From Anolis carolinensis (taxonomy: Eukaryota), in NCBI RefSeq assembly GCF_035594765.1, contig NC_085844.1:27543923-27607922 (forward strand): a stretch of DNA of 64,000 nt, in the 5' to 3' direction. Within the stretch, counting starts at the first letter, position 1. The number at the start of each line of letters is the position of its first letter. Position numbers and translations under genes: made by a program. The notes below the pieces were generated by a model, which searched no databases, was not told the DNA's origin, and was given only the letters and a program-made list of their open reading frames with translations. This document shows positions 1 through 12,700 of this stretch, piece after piece.

Positions 1-442
1 CTAACATGTTAATATGACATTGTTAATAAAATTAATCCTTTAGTTTGAAATGTTTAATCAATAACTAGTGCCTTTCCTGCCTGAAATGGGGTTGTGTATT
101 CGACTTTTATAGAAATGGAACATTATTCAGTCTGTGTCATTGTCAGAAAGATGGAATAAAGCCCCCTGCAGTAATAGACAGGGAGCCAAAATTTAATGGT
201 ACACACTGCAGACAGGAAAGTACATTTTGATCCATAGTTCAAAAGCCAAATCTGGTTTCTCAACAGCATCTCCTCCCTATTTGTAGGGAAAGTGATCATA
301 ACCCTACCTAATGCCAACCTCACAAGCCGAGAAAAAATAATTGTGACCTAAGAAGAGGGGGAATGGTTTTATCCTAGTTTTTTCTATGCTTTGAATATTC
401 TATTGACCCTTGAATACTTAATTCTTAAGAGTAATTGGTCAA

Positions 443-961
443 GACCCCCAGTACATGTGGCGCAGCTGGCTAGTAACCAGTTGCAATAAATCACTACTGA
501 CCGAGAGGTCATGAGTTCGAAGCCTGGGTCAGGTTAAGCCCCCAACCATTAAATAGCCTGGCTTGCTGTTTACCCAAGCAGCCCGAAAGACAGTTGTATC
601 TGTCAACTAGGAAATTTAGGTACGTTTTATGCGGGAAGCTAATTTAACTAATTTACAACACCATAAAACTGCCAGCAGCACATGGAAAGGAATGAGGAAG
701 TACAGCACTCGGTGTCACTTATGGATGATGAAGCAACAGCTCCCCCTGTGGCCGGAATCGAGCATACCCTCATGAAGCTGGAATTGTTAAAATTGCCTCT
801 GTGTGTGTCTATACTGTATGTTGTTTGTCTGATGGCATTGAATGTTTGCCATATATATGTTCATTGTAATCCACCCTGAGTCTCCTTCAGGGTGAGAAGG
901 GCGGAATATAAATACTGTAAGTAAGTAAGTAAGTAAGTAAATAAATAAATAAATAAATAAA
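443..961 (+). mobile_element. tRNA-headed SINE with L2-type 3' tail (Anolis SINE2-like, long form)
   Basis: Pol III A box (tggcgcagctgg) and B box (gagttcgaagcc); 3' end ccctgagtctccttcagggtgagaagggcggaatataaata followed by (TAAG)n(TAAA)n; same tail at 37732 and 47915. Confidence 0.8.
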
Positions 962-2271
962 TTTATAGTTGCCAATTCATTTTTTTCCTGAGAGGTACTT
1001 CATCTTTAACGCTTATACAGCAGGCCCATGCAATGTCCTCTCTATGCTGGGAATAGTGATATCCACAGAATTTGAGTGGTGCAAATGGAAAATATTTTAA
1101 GTTTAAAAGAATGTTTAAATTACCTAAGGAAAACTAGGAAGAGTGGGATCAAATGGAGCATCCTTGGAAAGAGGATGGCTGTATGGAACCTTGAAAAGGA
1201 ACTCTCCCGACTACAACTTTTTGTTGCAAATCCCTACTTGCCAAGGAATACATTCGAAGTCAGAAAAGAGAGAACAAAAATCAGCATAATTTAAATGACT
1301 CAGCATTGCAACCTACTGGGGAGGCATGCATGTGTGCAACATGAGGTGTGTGGGTTGATCACTTACATGAGAAGGAAGATGGAGAGACAGACATGCATAA
1401 AATTGGCACTTGCTAATAGATAGGGAAAGCTGCAAAGGAAGGGAGTAGCGCTGTAATTCGAAGAGAAATACTTTCACAATAAAGGTGAACTTCACACCTG
1501 TCCTTAAGATGATCTCAAGATGCTGATGGTTGGTGGACAACTTCAAGGCTCCTTCAAGGCTCTCCTTTCTCTGGATTGTTTCTCTTTAAACAGGGCTGTA
1601 AAAGCGGGACACAGGAGTACCCCCTACATATGGGACTTTTTGTTTATTTTTACAGGATCAAGCTGGCTATGCAGGAGGAATACACTGGATGCTTAAGTAG
1701 ACACATTAGGGACACATCACATTCTCCAGTTCTTAATTGGAGTACCAGACTGAGATGGTACATATTTTAATGTTTTTGAACTTCTCTTTTAAATGTTTCA
1801 AACTCCTGATCTGAGACCATAATAAAAAACAACAACATTGGACTGAGATGGACGATAAAGGCCCCCCTCTGGTAGTGAGGGAGCAACCCAGAGCCAACAA
1901 GAGGACCTTGGATGGCATTTGGACGTGGATTTGTGGTTGTTCTGTGGTCTACAACTCTTCAATAATATTGAGTAATGATTTCTGAAGAGCAGGGGTGGGC
2001 AAAGCAGCTCACAGGGTGCATATGACTCCTGGGGCTGTTTTTGAGGTCTTCCAGGGGCCAAATTTGTATGCATCTAGGACGTAGGGGGGATTTTTGACAA
2101 GATTTGCATGGCTTCTGAGCCATTGTAAGTCCAAGAGATGCCTTTTTTTAAATAAGGAAGCAAACAAGAAGTATAAAAATGACATGTTGTGGGATTAGAA
2201 TGGCCCAAGAAATCTAAGAACATGAAATAAATGACCCCTACTCCACCCCTGAGTATGTTTGAGATCTCTCT

Positions 2272-2272
<1 letters not shown>

Positions 2273-2298
<26 letters not shown>
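2273..2298. repeat. (TG)n microsatellite
   Basis: Seen directly. Confidence 0.95.
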
Positions 2299-2302
<4 letters not shown>

Positions 2303-2624
2303 TTTTGCAGAGGTGATACAACAGGCTACAACCCTCCATGTTCTCCAGGAGGACTTATTTGGCTCCTTAGCCTCCTGTATTCATATGTAGTTGCAGAAAA
2401 GGAATAACCACATCAGTGTTGGAGACAGCAACCTTCTCAAGCCTCCTCAGTCTAATGTTTTCCCTGTTTATAATGTGTCAATTTATTTCCTGAAGTGTAT
2501 ATCTTCTTTGGTTTGCAGTTTTCTTAGCTCTATGTACTTGAGGCAGTGGGAGGGGCTGTAGACCACCTAACTGGTTCAGTAACTGATTAGAATGCAGTTT
2601 AAAAAGGATGGCAGTTGAAGATGA

Positions 2625-2748
2625 CAGTTGGGGCTTGAGTCTGTTTGAGTATAGATGCTAGTGTTAGAATTCTGAAGTCAGTTGAGGCTTGAGTCTGTTT
2701 GAGTATAGATGCCAGTGTTAGAAGTTAGAAGTCAGCTGAGACTTGAGT
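2625..2748. repeat. 54-bp tandem repeat, ~2.3 copies, in a possible old LTR
   Basis: Units start at 2625, 2679 and 2733 (cagttgrggcttgagtctgtttgagtatagatgcyagtgttagaa...). Confidence 0.85.
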
Positions 2749-3008
2749 TCCTTGGAAGTAGACTGTTAAAAAAGAAATCTATACAGAGCCAATATAGTTT
2801 TAAAGAGACTGTTAAAGACATTAAGTTAAAGATACAAACTGAAATTTTTTAAAGCTTAACCGGACAAGAAATGTACCTGTATATTTAAATTCATGAAGTT
2901 GTGAATAAAACAAACATATTATTTTAAAGAAGTCTACTTGAATCTTTGTCTGCTGAGAGCATCAAATAGAAACAAGATATTTATATGCCCAGTGATTTTC
3001 CATTACCC

Positions 3009-3289
3009 CATTTTATTTTTATTTTTTCGTGTCAGGAGCAACTTGAGTCGCTTCTGGAGTGAGATAATTGGCCGTCTGCAAGGACGTTGCCCAGAGGACG
3101 CCCGGATGTTTTGATGTTTTTACCATCCTTGTGGGAGGCTTCTCTCATGTCCCCGCATGGAGCTGGAGCTGATAGAGGGAGCTCACCCGCACTCTCCCCG
3201 AGTGGGATTCGAACCTGGCAGCTTTCAGGTCAGCAACCCAACCTTCGAGTCACGAGGCTTTAGTCCACTACGCCATTGGGGGCTCCACT
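3009..3289 (-). mobile_element. Full-length tRNA-derived SINE ending ...gctcctgacacg(A)n (possibly Vingi/Ingi-mobilised)
   Basis: Minus strand starts ggagcccccaatggcgtagtgg, B box ggttcgaatccc, A-rich tail; 8-bp TSD cattaccc at 3001-3008 and 3290-3297; sister copies at 15817 and 27682. Partner LINE assignment is from recall. Confidence 0.8.
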
Positions 3290-3460
3290 CATTACCCAAT
3301 AAACTAAAGGAACACTCCTGAAACTCTGCTACCCAATACATTATGATCCTAACAGGTTGTAATTCCCATTAGGTTATGATTCCAACACTTCATATTCCAA
3401 TAGCCCAATAATCAGTGTATAATAGGGAGGAAAACAAGGAATAATGTGGAACCTTTAGGG

Positions 3461-3568
3461 CAGTCATGGGCAAACTTTGGCCCTCCAGGTGTTTTGGACG
3501 GTAGGCTGTTAGGAATTGTGGAAGTTGAAGCCCAAAACACCTGGAGGGCCAAAGTTTGCCCATGCCTG
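3461..3568. mobile_element. Non-autonomous hAT MITE
   Basis: ~38-bp TIRs cag(t/g)catgggcaaactttggccctccaggtgttttgg; 8-bp TSD ctttaggg/ctttagga. Confidence 0.9.
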
Positions 3569-4390
3569 CTTTAGGACATATTATCCACTCATCATAGCAC
3601 GAGCTTTGTGGTCTATGGCCCACTTCTTTCATCTCCAAGGCACCTCAATGACCCTTTATGGGTCTACAAGACTACAATGAACCACAAGTTTGGCAGCCTC
3701 AGGAGCACTGGAGTGAGTGCAGACCCACTTGTTTGCTTGTTTTGTTGCTGAAAGCACCACTCTGCCCCTTTACACTTGCGAGAACTTGCCAGGGCTAATG
3801 AAGTAATTGCCTTTAAATGATTCATGCAAGACAATTACAGTCTTAGAGCTCACTCCTCTGTGATTCATGGAGGCACACCCTTGAAGGAGGCTGCAAAAGT
3901 TGCCTGGCAGGTTTCAGCCACCTCCACTTACGCCTCCAACTCCTCCTCCTCTGCTGATGGTGTGCAGTGCAAATTTTTTTGGTGTTGCTAAAAGCCTACA
4001 CTGGTATTTCACACACACACAGACACCACAACAGGATGCTGAGAGGCAGTGGAACAGCTGGCAGCTTCCTGTGCCTGCGATGACACACACGTTGCCATAA
4101 CGGCAGCGGCATCACACAGCAAGCTTGCGAACACACGCCCTTGTTTGATCGTTTAATTAAGGCTTCAAAAGAAAACGGCTCAAAATAGTCATTTGCATGT
4201 TGCGGATTCTTTATCTTGGAAGAGATAGCATTAATGGGCTGGCCTTTCCCATGCCACGGTCATGGTTCTGGAGAGCCACAAAGCCACAGCTTTCAGTCAC
4301 ATCAGGATATTTTTAAACAAAAAAAAATAATCAAAGGTGTGTCAGAATGAAGTATTGTCTTTCATCACGCTTGAAGTCAAGTGTACAATA

Positions 4391-4612
4391 GAGTGCATCT
4401 ACATTGTAGAATTAATGCAGTTTAACACCACTTTAATTACTACGACTCAATGTTATGGAATCTTGGGAGCTGTAGTTTTACAGGGTCTTTAGCTATCTCT
4501 GCTAAAAGGCTGTGGTGCCTCATTTAACTACAAATCCCAGTATTCCATAGCATTAAGCCATGGTTGTTTAAATGGTGTCAAACTGCATTAATTTTGCTGT
4601 GTAGATGCAGCT
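4391..4612. mobile_element. Palindromic PIF/Harbinger-like MITE (abundant family)
   Basis: Long IRs g(g/a)gtgcatctacactgtagaattaatgcagttt...; further full or half copies near 5856, 13713, 21830, 25846, 29644, 48594, 50536, 55821, 61815 and 62842. Confidence 0.75.
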
Positions 4613-5855
4613 TAAGGGACACAAAGCTGGCGAATACAGTATACAGCCATTTTCTCCAACACCTTAACTGCCACCTTCCCAGTTCTGCTGCCTGAGACAA
4701 CATTGGTGAAATATCCACTAGTGTTGAATTTGCTTTGAACACAGAAATAAATTGAGAGGACGGAAGACCCATAAAGTAATGATCCTCCCATTAAGCTGGT
4801 AGGTGGATCTCCATGGCTTTTGCTGACCTTAAATGACGCCTCATAAATGAGCGAAAGCCATTTTGAACTAGAATGGGAAATGTTCTTTAAACACGGAGAG
4901 AAGAAAGCATTACAGATCTTAAAAGTGCCTATTGCCAAAGCGTGTTCAATCTCGTCAAGCTGATGGGAAGCGCCAATGGCACACCTGCCATTAAATGGAT
5001 CACTAGTAAAAGCCGTGAGCCAGTATTCCAGAGCAAAGCTTCCCTTTGAAGCTATTGTGGAACACACTCTGCTTCAAGGTCTGCAAGAAAGTAAGCTGTG
5101 ACGCATCACTCCCACATGAGCTCCCATGCCTGCCACAGCTTGCACGGCTTATGCGTTATGGGCTTTTTTTTTTGGGGGGGGGGGGTAGCAAGGATGGGTT
5201 TGATGGCTGCTGTCCTGGTCACCTTGCAAATCAATAGAGCTACAGAAACAATTATATTAAAGTGTTCAAAGGGATACACTTAACATTAACCTCATAAACC
5301 CATTTTATGGCATGGAAATCAAAGGCGCCCAGATTCCAGAGAGGCTGAGCACTCGGAAATCCCAATGGAGTTGCCAGTTGCCAAGTATGCTCACCTGACA
5401 TGATCCAAACTTTCTCTTATCTAGGGCCTAAACTGGATTTAGAGACTTAAACCTAGAGCTTTGAATGATTTGGCCTAAGGTCCATTTTGCAAACAAGAAG
5501 CGAAGCAATAGGTCAAATGCATGCCTGTTTCTGTTTCAGAACCTTTTTGAGTTGGTATGATTTTGCAGAGCTGAGAAGTAACACTTATTAGTAACTAGTT
5601 CATTGTGCATTTCCCCAATAGCAAAGGTATAACTCGGTGACTTGAAGGTTATAATGTAATAGGGGATAACTCATACCTTCCAATATTCCCAGATCAAAAC
5701 AGCCACACAATATCAGAGTGTGATCAGAATGGCAAAATTATTAATAAGGAAGAAGATACAAAATATAAAAGGCTTCAGCTATTGGCTTTTGCCAAAGCCT
5801 ACAGAGAAGAGCAAGATTCTAACTCTCCTGCCCTCCTCTCTACTCAGTTAAATAA

Positions 5856-6372
5856 AGGTGTATCTACACTGAAGAATTAATCTAGTTTGATGTCCTTTTA
5901 ACTGCCATAGCTCAATGCTATGGAATCCTGGGAGTCATCATTTGATGAGGAACGGAGCTCTTTGGCAGAATAAAGCTAAATACAGTAGAGTCTCACTTAT
6001 CCAACACTCACTTATCCAACATTCTGGATTATCCAACGCATTTTTGTAGTCAATGTTTTCAATGCATTGTGATATTTTAGTGCTAAATTCATAAATACAG
6101 TAATTACTACATAGTATTAATGTGTAATGAACTACTTTTTCTGTCAAATTTGTTGTATAACATGATGTTTTGGTGCTTAATGTGTAAAATCATAACCTAT
6201 TTTGATGTTTAATAGGCTTTTTCTTAATCTCTCCTCATTATCCAACATATTCACTTATCCAACGTTCTGCTGGCCTGTTTATGTTGGATAAGTGAGACTC
6301 TACTGTACTTCAACTTCCATGATTCCAAGCATTGAGTGATTATGTCGAACTGCATACAGCGTAGATGTACCT
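5856..6372. mobile_element. Harbinger-like MITE interrupted by a mariner MITE
   Basis: Left arm aggtgtatctacactgaagaattaat and right arm gtagatgtacct flank the 5983-6305 insertion. Confidence 0.7.
5983..6305. mobile_element. Tc1/mariner-type non-autonomous element
   Basis: Perfect 24-bp TIRs cagtagagtctcacttatccaaca; TA target duplication at 5981-5982 and 6306-6307. Confidence 0.92.
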
Positions 6373-7892
6373 TGAGGACCTCATCACATACTCCGATTAT
6401 ATCAGTATGCATCTCCTATTTTCTTAGGACGGGATGCATACTGTATTCAGATAGAATACATACTGACCTCATCACACCTGATTCTTACATTTTGAAAATA
6501 CTGCGCTTTGACACATCACACCATGGAAGACCGATTCCTCTCAATCCATCTGAATGGCTCCCTACGTCACTTTTGAATTTTCCCTGTTAATATTGCACTG
6601 CAAGTCTCAAACTACAGTTCTCATGAGATTTTAGCTGGCAGAATACATACTAATTTTTCAATCACACACAAAATAGCATTCCAGAACCATATTAAATAAA
6701 AAAAACATGACTAGAATCCTGTATGCAATTACTCCGTTTCTGCGATGCCTTGTAGACAGATTCTAATGGATTACTGACGGATTGGGACAAACGTCACATG
6801 ATGCGACCTGTACTCAGAAATAAAGTACATCCCAATGTGATAAAGTCCTGAGTTTGCAACAACTGAAGTAAGCCGAGACAAAGGGTAAAAGGGAGAGGTG
6901 AGTGCCTACTTGTGAGCGTTGCATGAATTGCAATGAAGCCATCGTATTTGGTGGCTGAGGCTAAGCTGTTGGAATTGGACTGCCTGATGTTTCACTGCCT
7001 AACTATGGTGGGTGGCAATGGCTGCATTTTTTTTTCTCCCAACGTACCTCCACTGAGCCTCTGGGGCATAGGGATTTCTGGCTCAATCTTGCCAGGGACT
7101 TAACATATGCTTAGCAATTCATTTTAATGGGATTTCTTGCGGTCTTAAAATCAATCATGCACTGAAACACTTTTCAGAGTCAGGCAGCAAATCTCCTTGC
7201 CTGGACGGATTAAAAACTCTGCAATACAAGGCACCAGCCATATCAGGGGCTTAGGAGGTGGCTGGGGATGGATCTTGGAGGGAAGTACACACACACACAA
7301 ACTGTCGGTGCTATACGAAAAAATCCTATCAGTATTGCTGTTTCGAGACCATGATGGCTTGATTTGTTGCTAGTAAAATGCAAAGGCTGGAAAAGTTTAT
7401 TTTTTGGATTACAGTTTCAGGAATCTCTCAAGCATCATGGCAGTAAAGTTGTGGTCCAGTACATGATTTCCATATTCTGCAAAGAGTACTTTATCCAGTT
7501 TTCCTCTGCCACTGGGGTGAGACAACAGGAAGTGAGAGAAATTTGCCCCTAGGAAGGGAATTCACTCCTGAAAGAGATATCATGGGGGGGGGGGGAGGCT
7601 TTCTCACCAATCCTTGTTTCCACAACAAGCTAATTTTTTTCAAAATCCAATTGCCATAGAGATCGAGAGTGAGGTGGAAATTTTCTGAACAGGGGCACAG
7701 ACAGCAAAACAAGCACCATAGAGATATTATCCCTTCCCTATGCTATCCAAAGTATGTATGTATGTGTATAATTTATTTGACTGGAGTTACACTTAAAAAT
7801 ATACCTGTTTCAACTGACACAGAAATTGAACTGAAGAACAAACCTACAGAACCTATCTTGTTCATAACTTGGGACTGCTTGTACATATATAC

Positions 7893-8361
7893 TAGTGGTT
7901 TCCAACCTTTTTTTGACCAGGGACCACTTTGATCAGGAACCACTCTGACCAGGGTGTAATGTTGAGAAGCCTCCAACATTAGTACCAAAAGGGTTACAAA
8001 TCAGTTTTTGTCAACTGTAGATTTGGTTTGGTTGTTTGGGGTGTTGATTCAGAAAATTGTATTGGATAGACCACATCAGTTCTAGTTTCTGATACAGAAC
8101 ATATGGCACCCAGCAGTCGCCATCTGCTCACCCACAGAAATCCATATTTAATAATCTAGAGCTGATGTGTATATCCAATGTAATTTTCTGAATCAGCACC
8201 CCAAATAACTCCAGGAACACACCTAAAAATGAAGACATCAAGAAAAAATATTTTTTGGTTGGGCTGTGTTATTATCCGTAGTAGTAATGATGAGGCCATA
8301 GGCCATATTTTAGTTCTTGCAGATCACTGGTGGTCCATGGACCCCAGGTTGGGAACCACTG
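7893..8361. mobile_element. Non-autonomous hAT transposon
   Basis: TIRs tagtggtttccaacc / ggttgggaaccactg; perfect 8-bp TSD atatatac (7885-7892, 8362-8369); internal ~50-bp inverted repeat. Confidence 0.88.
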
Positions 8362-8851
8362 ATATATACACAAACAGATAAAATGAAAGAATAAAGAAGG
8401 TATTATTATAGCCCCATATAACAGGAGAAAGCATACTTAAAGCTTGTAGGGACTACTTGCTTTCCTAAAAGAAACAGCTCCACCAATACTGACCATTTAC
8501 AGATATGTGCAAAATGGTGGCTGAAGTGTAGAACACATCCCACCAGAGGCAGACTAAAGGGGTTGCCCATTTGCATGAAATCTTCATATGCTAGTATACA
8601 ATAATAGATAATATACATTACTTTGTAGAAAAGGGAGCATCCAGATAACTTGTGCACCCACTCAAATGTGCAAATGTTACTAACAGGTGATGGATAACTT
8701 CATGACCATCCACCCCTTTCTCTCCTTCCTTAGGGTTCTTTATCTTTAACTGGATGTAGACTCTGTGTTTGTGTGTGCCTTCAAGCCTATGGTCAACTTA
8801 TGGTGACACGGATCAATTTTATAGAGTTTTCTTAGTCAAGGAATACTCAGA

Positions 8852-9250
8852 AACCTTATGGGTCATTTATACATGACTATCATGTCTTTTCTCAGAAGAG
8901 AAGGCTGAGAGGAGACATGATAGCCATATATAAATATGTGAGGGGAAGTCATAGGGAGGAGGGAGCAAGCTTGTTTTCTGCTGCCCTGGTGACTAGGACG
9001 CGGAACAATGGCTTCAAACTTCAGGAAAGGAGATTCCACCTGAACATTAGGAAGAACTTCCTAACTGTGAGAGCTGTTCAGCAGTGGAACTCTCTGTCCT
9101 GGAGTGTGGTGGAAGCTCCTTCTTTGGAGGCTTTTAAACAGAGGCTTGAGGGCCATCTGTCAGTGATGCTTTGAATGTGATTTTCCTGCTTCTTGGCAGG
9201 GGGTTGGACTGGATGGCCCACGAGGTCTCTTCCAACTCTATGATTCTATA
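8852..9250 (+). mobile_element. 5'-truncated CR1 LINE 3' end
   Basis: ORF2 C-terminus MIAIYKYVRG...[23 protein letters not shown]; tail ttccaactctatgattcta; 7-bp TSD actcaga (8845-8851, 9251-9257). Confidence 0.92.
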
Positions 9251-9278
9251 ACTCAGAGGTGGTTTTGACAGTTAATTC

Positions 9279-9714
9279 TGTCAGGGTATTGTGTATTGTG
9301 AAATGTTAAAATCAATCTGGATACAGCAATCATGGAGTTAATGAGAGTCTGCTATGATTGATGTATCACAGGACCAATGGGGTCAAGTGTGTTTTGACCG
9401 GGACTTACTATCTTGGTTCCTGTGGAATGCGAGGGAGTGAGGAGGTTTCCTGTGTAGAGCGGAGAACAGCGATGAGCAATGTGCTGTGTGTGTGCATGGG
9501 TGCTTTCGGCAAGCACTCATGGAGGAAAGGACTGAATTGACTCTATTTGTATATAGATCATGTAAATAAAGTTTAATCAACAGTTGGACTTCGTCTGCTG
9601 GAGTGAGTTTATCCAGTGCTGTTTTCCACACGGGGAAACAGTCTGGAGAGAAGGAGGTGAACCGGGATGGTGAATTTTTGGATTTCACTCTGCTACCCAT
9701 CATCCCCGCCGACA
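9279..9714 (+). mobile_element. Solo LTR (436 bp)
   Basis: TGTC...GACA termini; perfect 5-bp TSD aattc (9274-9278, 9715-9719); AATAAA at 9565. Confidence 0.85.
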
Positions 9715-12700
9715 AATTCCTCTGAAATACAGCCTACAGCACATGGTATCTGTTGGGGGTCTCCCATTCAAGTTGAAACTATACTACCCATCAATTCTAG
9801 GGCTTGTTCCAGCAGAACACCTCCTATGGGGGCACATGGCCCACCCTACTCAGGTCTCAAAGTCAGCTACCCACTGAATTATTTGAGCCATACATTGAGA
9901 AAACCTGAAGATCAAGTGCAAATCTCCACCTGAGTTCTCATAGAAAAGGACAATAATAGTCCAGTTGTGTCATGCTAGGTAGTGATAAGGGAAGTTCTAG
10001 TCGCACACATAGGTAGAGCATAAGGGGTTCTTTCATAATGCACAAGTACGGTGTTATCATTCTCCTTCCACTGCAATGGCAATCAGGGATATACAGTCTA
10101 ATGAGTCAGTAGAGCTCTTTGGCTGAGAAGTCTCACAGGAAACCAAAGGAGTATTCCCTCTTAACAAATCTTGCTAAGAAAACACTGTGCTAGATTTGCC
10201 TTGGGGTTGCCATATATAAAAAATGACTTGAAAGAACAAAGCAATAAAACCGGAAATCCCAGGATTACGTAGTATATTGTCATAGCATAAATAAATAAAT
10301 AGCAGTTTCAGTGAAACTCAGTTGACAACATTATACTACAGAATTGTGTAGTATAAAGGGGAACTAGTTAGGAGAAGGCTACCTTGAGCTTGGCCCTACC
10401 AAAACTGAGTGAGGCAACTGCTTCTTGTGGCAGATGATGGGGGTCAGCCACTACAGCAGACCTTCAGCTAGTTTCTATATGCTTTATGGTGATTCCCTTT
10501 TATTGGAGGACCAGAGATTGGAAATATTCCTTTTATTAAAGACTACAACTCCCATGACCATGCTGGGAGTTTAAGGGTGCTGGGGAAAATAGTCTAACAT
10601 AGTAGATTTTCCAAGCCATGTGACACATAGGCTGTCCTGCATCCCCTAAGCCTCAATTTCCCCACAATCTGGCTGCTGCCCTATTGCCAGTGTTTGATGT
10701 ACAACTCAACTGGCAATTCCATTCACTTTCTTATGTGAAAGGAGGAAAGTGTCATTTTGTCCTTTGCCTTAGTCATCAAAGCATCTTGTGGATTGGCCTT
10801 AAACAGACTGTCCAGACTGGGGACAAGAAATGTTTTGGTGTTTCCTCTGTCCAAAGCCGAAAACCCTGCCCAAGAGAATGTGCCATGCCAGTGACTCACC
10901 TGAATTTGACAAGAGGGTCCAAAATGGTGGATGCTTCAGTTATCTGGGACTAGGAGCTGCTGACTCAAAAGTGTAAAGAAAGCCCTTTCTTTCCTGGCTG
11001 TTTCTGTAAATCTCCATCAGGTCGAGTCATGTTGTTCTGGTAGATTAGGTCCCCTTATATGTCTGCATGAGTCCAGCTAGCATGAAAGTAAAAAAGGAAC
11101 ATGTCCTCCAATAGCTTCTGACAGGCAATTCAAGTAGGCCTGTAATTCCTAAAAGGCAGGTATTTATATATGGTTCATATAGGCCGCCTCTCCTAATTCG
11201 TGCAGACAAGGAGCTTCATAATGCAAACGCCTGGCTTAAAATGCACTGTATTATTCATAAGAGCAGCAGTACAGAATGAGGGAAGAGAGAGGGGAAGAAA
11301 ACAGAAGACATTCCCATTTCTTCCTCTTGTTGTTTGTGATGTCTGTAACTCTTAGAAGACAAAGAAACAAAGATGAGAAGAACACATTCAGAAGACATGC
11401 ATATGCTTGGCCCTATGTTCTCCTGTCATTATGGTGGCCATGGTTACAATCCTCCTCATTAGAAAGAAGTGTATTTCTATTTACACCAGAAATGAGCAAC
11501 CTTACTCTTCCAGATTTTTTTGGGGTTTACAACTCCCATCAGCCCTACCCAGTCATGGGGGATAATAGGAATTGTAGCCCACACAATCTTGATCCCTAAA
11601 CTTCTATCTACAACAGGTAGCCACTGGGCTTTGACTTCAGAACCCCTATATAGATAGTATTAGATACCAAAATCTGGGATGCCAAATCCAAGTATACACA
11701 ACAGTGCTGTAAAAAGGTGTCCCTTACATAAAATGTTAACATCAAAGTTAGTTTTTTTGGAATCGAGGGGTAGAGGGGAGAAGTGATGTATAGTTGAAAA
11801 TCTGTGACTAAAGAGGCCTGACTGTACACTTAATAAATTAGCACAAAAAATATTCTTCAAAATCTCTGTCGTCTTTTTTCAGCCATTTGTAAGCAATTAC
11901 CTTTTGGTTTAGTGTTTGATCTGAAGCAAACCTGGTGTTTTGCTACATTCCCAGATTCTCCAAGAGGCTTAAAAATAGTTTCAGACCTCCACCAACCACT
12001 CCAAACAAACACAGCCCTGAAAAGGGCCCCAAAAGTTAGCAGGAGGGATGTGATGGCACTACCACTTACCCAAAATGGAGGACATATCAGCAAACTACAG
12101 TCCTCCAGATTGGCTGAAAATTAGATGATATATCATCAGGAGGGAAAACTGTCCCATAACCTGTGTCAAAACGCTGAGGGAACACAAGATTAAAGGGGGG
12201 CTTGATGCTTGCCAAAAATCTGCCCTGAATCGCATCATTGGGTTAAAAACATGGGTTAAAAAGGTGTGCTTAAAATCCAAGATTGGCTGGAAAATGTGCA
12301 TATTCGCATCACTGTATATCCCTGCACTAAAAAAAAAACATGGGACTTCATCACAATATGCTGGTGTGGACTGCTCCAGCACATATGTGCATTTTAAAAT
12401 CATGAAACAGTTGCTGAGGGTTGTAAACAGATGGAGCCACGGACACAAAGGTGGTGAAATTGAAGCACAAATGGAAAGCAATTCCCATGAGAACTCTCTG
12501 CAACCATTCCTTTGTTCTCATTATTTAATGACATTAAACAGAGCTTGAATTTACACAGTGGGCACCAGCATGGCAGGCAAGTGACCCCAAAGGGAAGAGG
12601 GGTTCAAGAGGGCAAATGTAAAGGCAGCAGGAGGGTGAGGAGAGATGACAAGAAATCTGCTTATGTGCACATTTGTATATCTGCATCAGCGCTTATGAGG

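Larger units (their letters stand above)
8770..9775 (-). mobile_element. 5S rRNA-derived SINE split by a CR1 and a solo LTR
   Basis: Pieces 8770-8851, 9251-9278 and 9715-9775 join into the reverse complement of the 40560-40790 element (gcctacagcac...ggtctccca = 5S 3' region). Confidence 0.75.

Noticed and set aside
2625-2748. CRISPR-like repeat array
   Set aside because: Contiguous tandem units without unique spacers, in eukaryotic DNA with no cas genes.
4612-5067. 151-aa ORF and other short ORFs in unique sequence
   Set aside because: No homology motifs, splice support or coding-like composition; expected by chance.
9279-9714. Membership of this solo LTR in the U3-ORF group
   Set aside because: Frame +2 hits a stop after 9 codons and no RRSxR motif is seen; it serves as a negative control.
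10899-11076. Minus-strand exon bounded by AG and GTGAGT
   Set aside because: Stops in all three frames; a non-coding exon cannot be supported from sequence alone.
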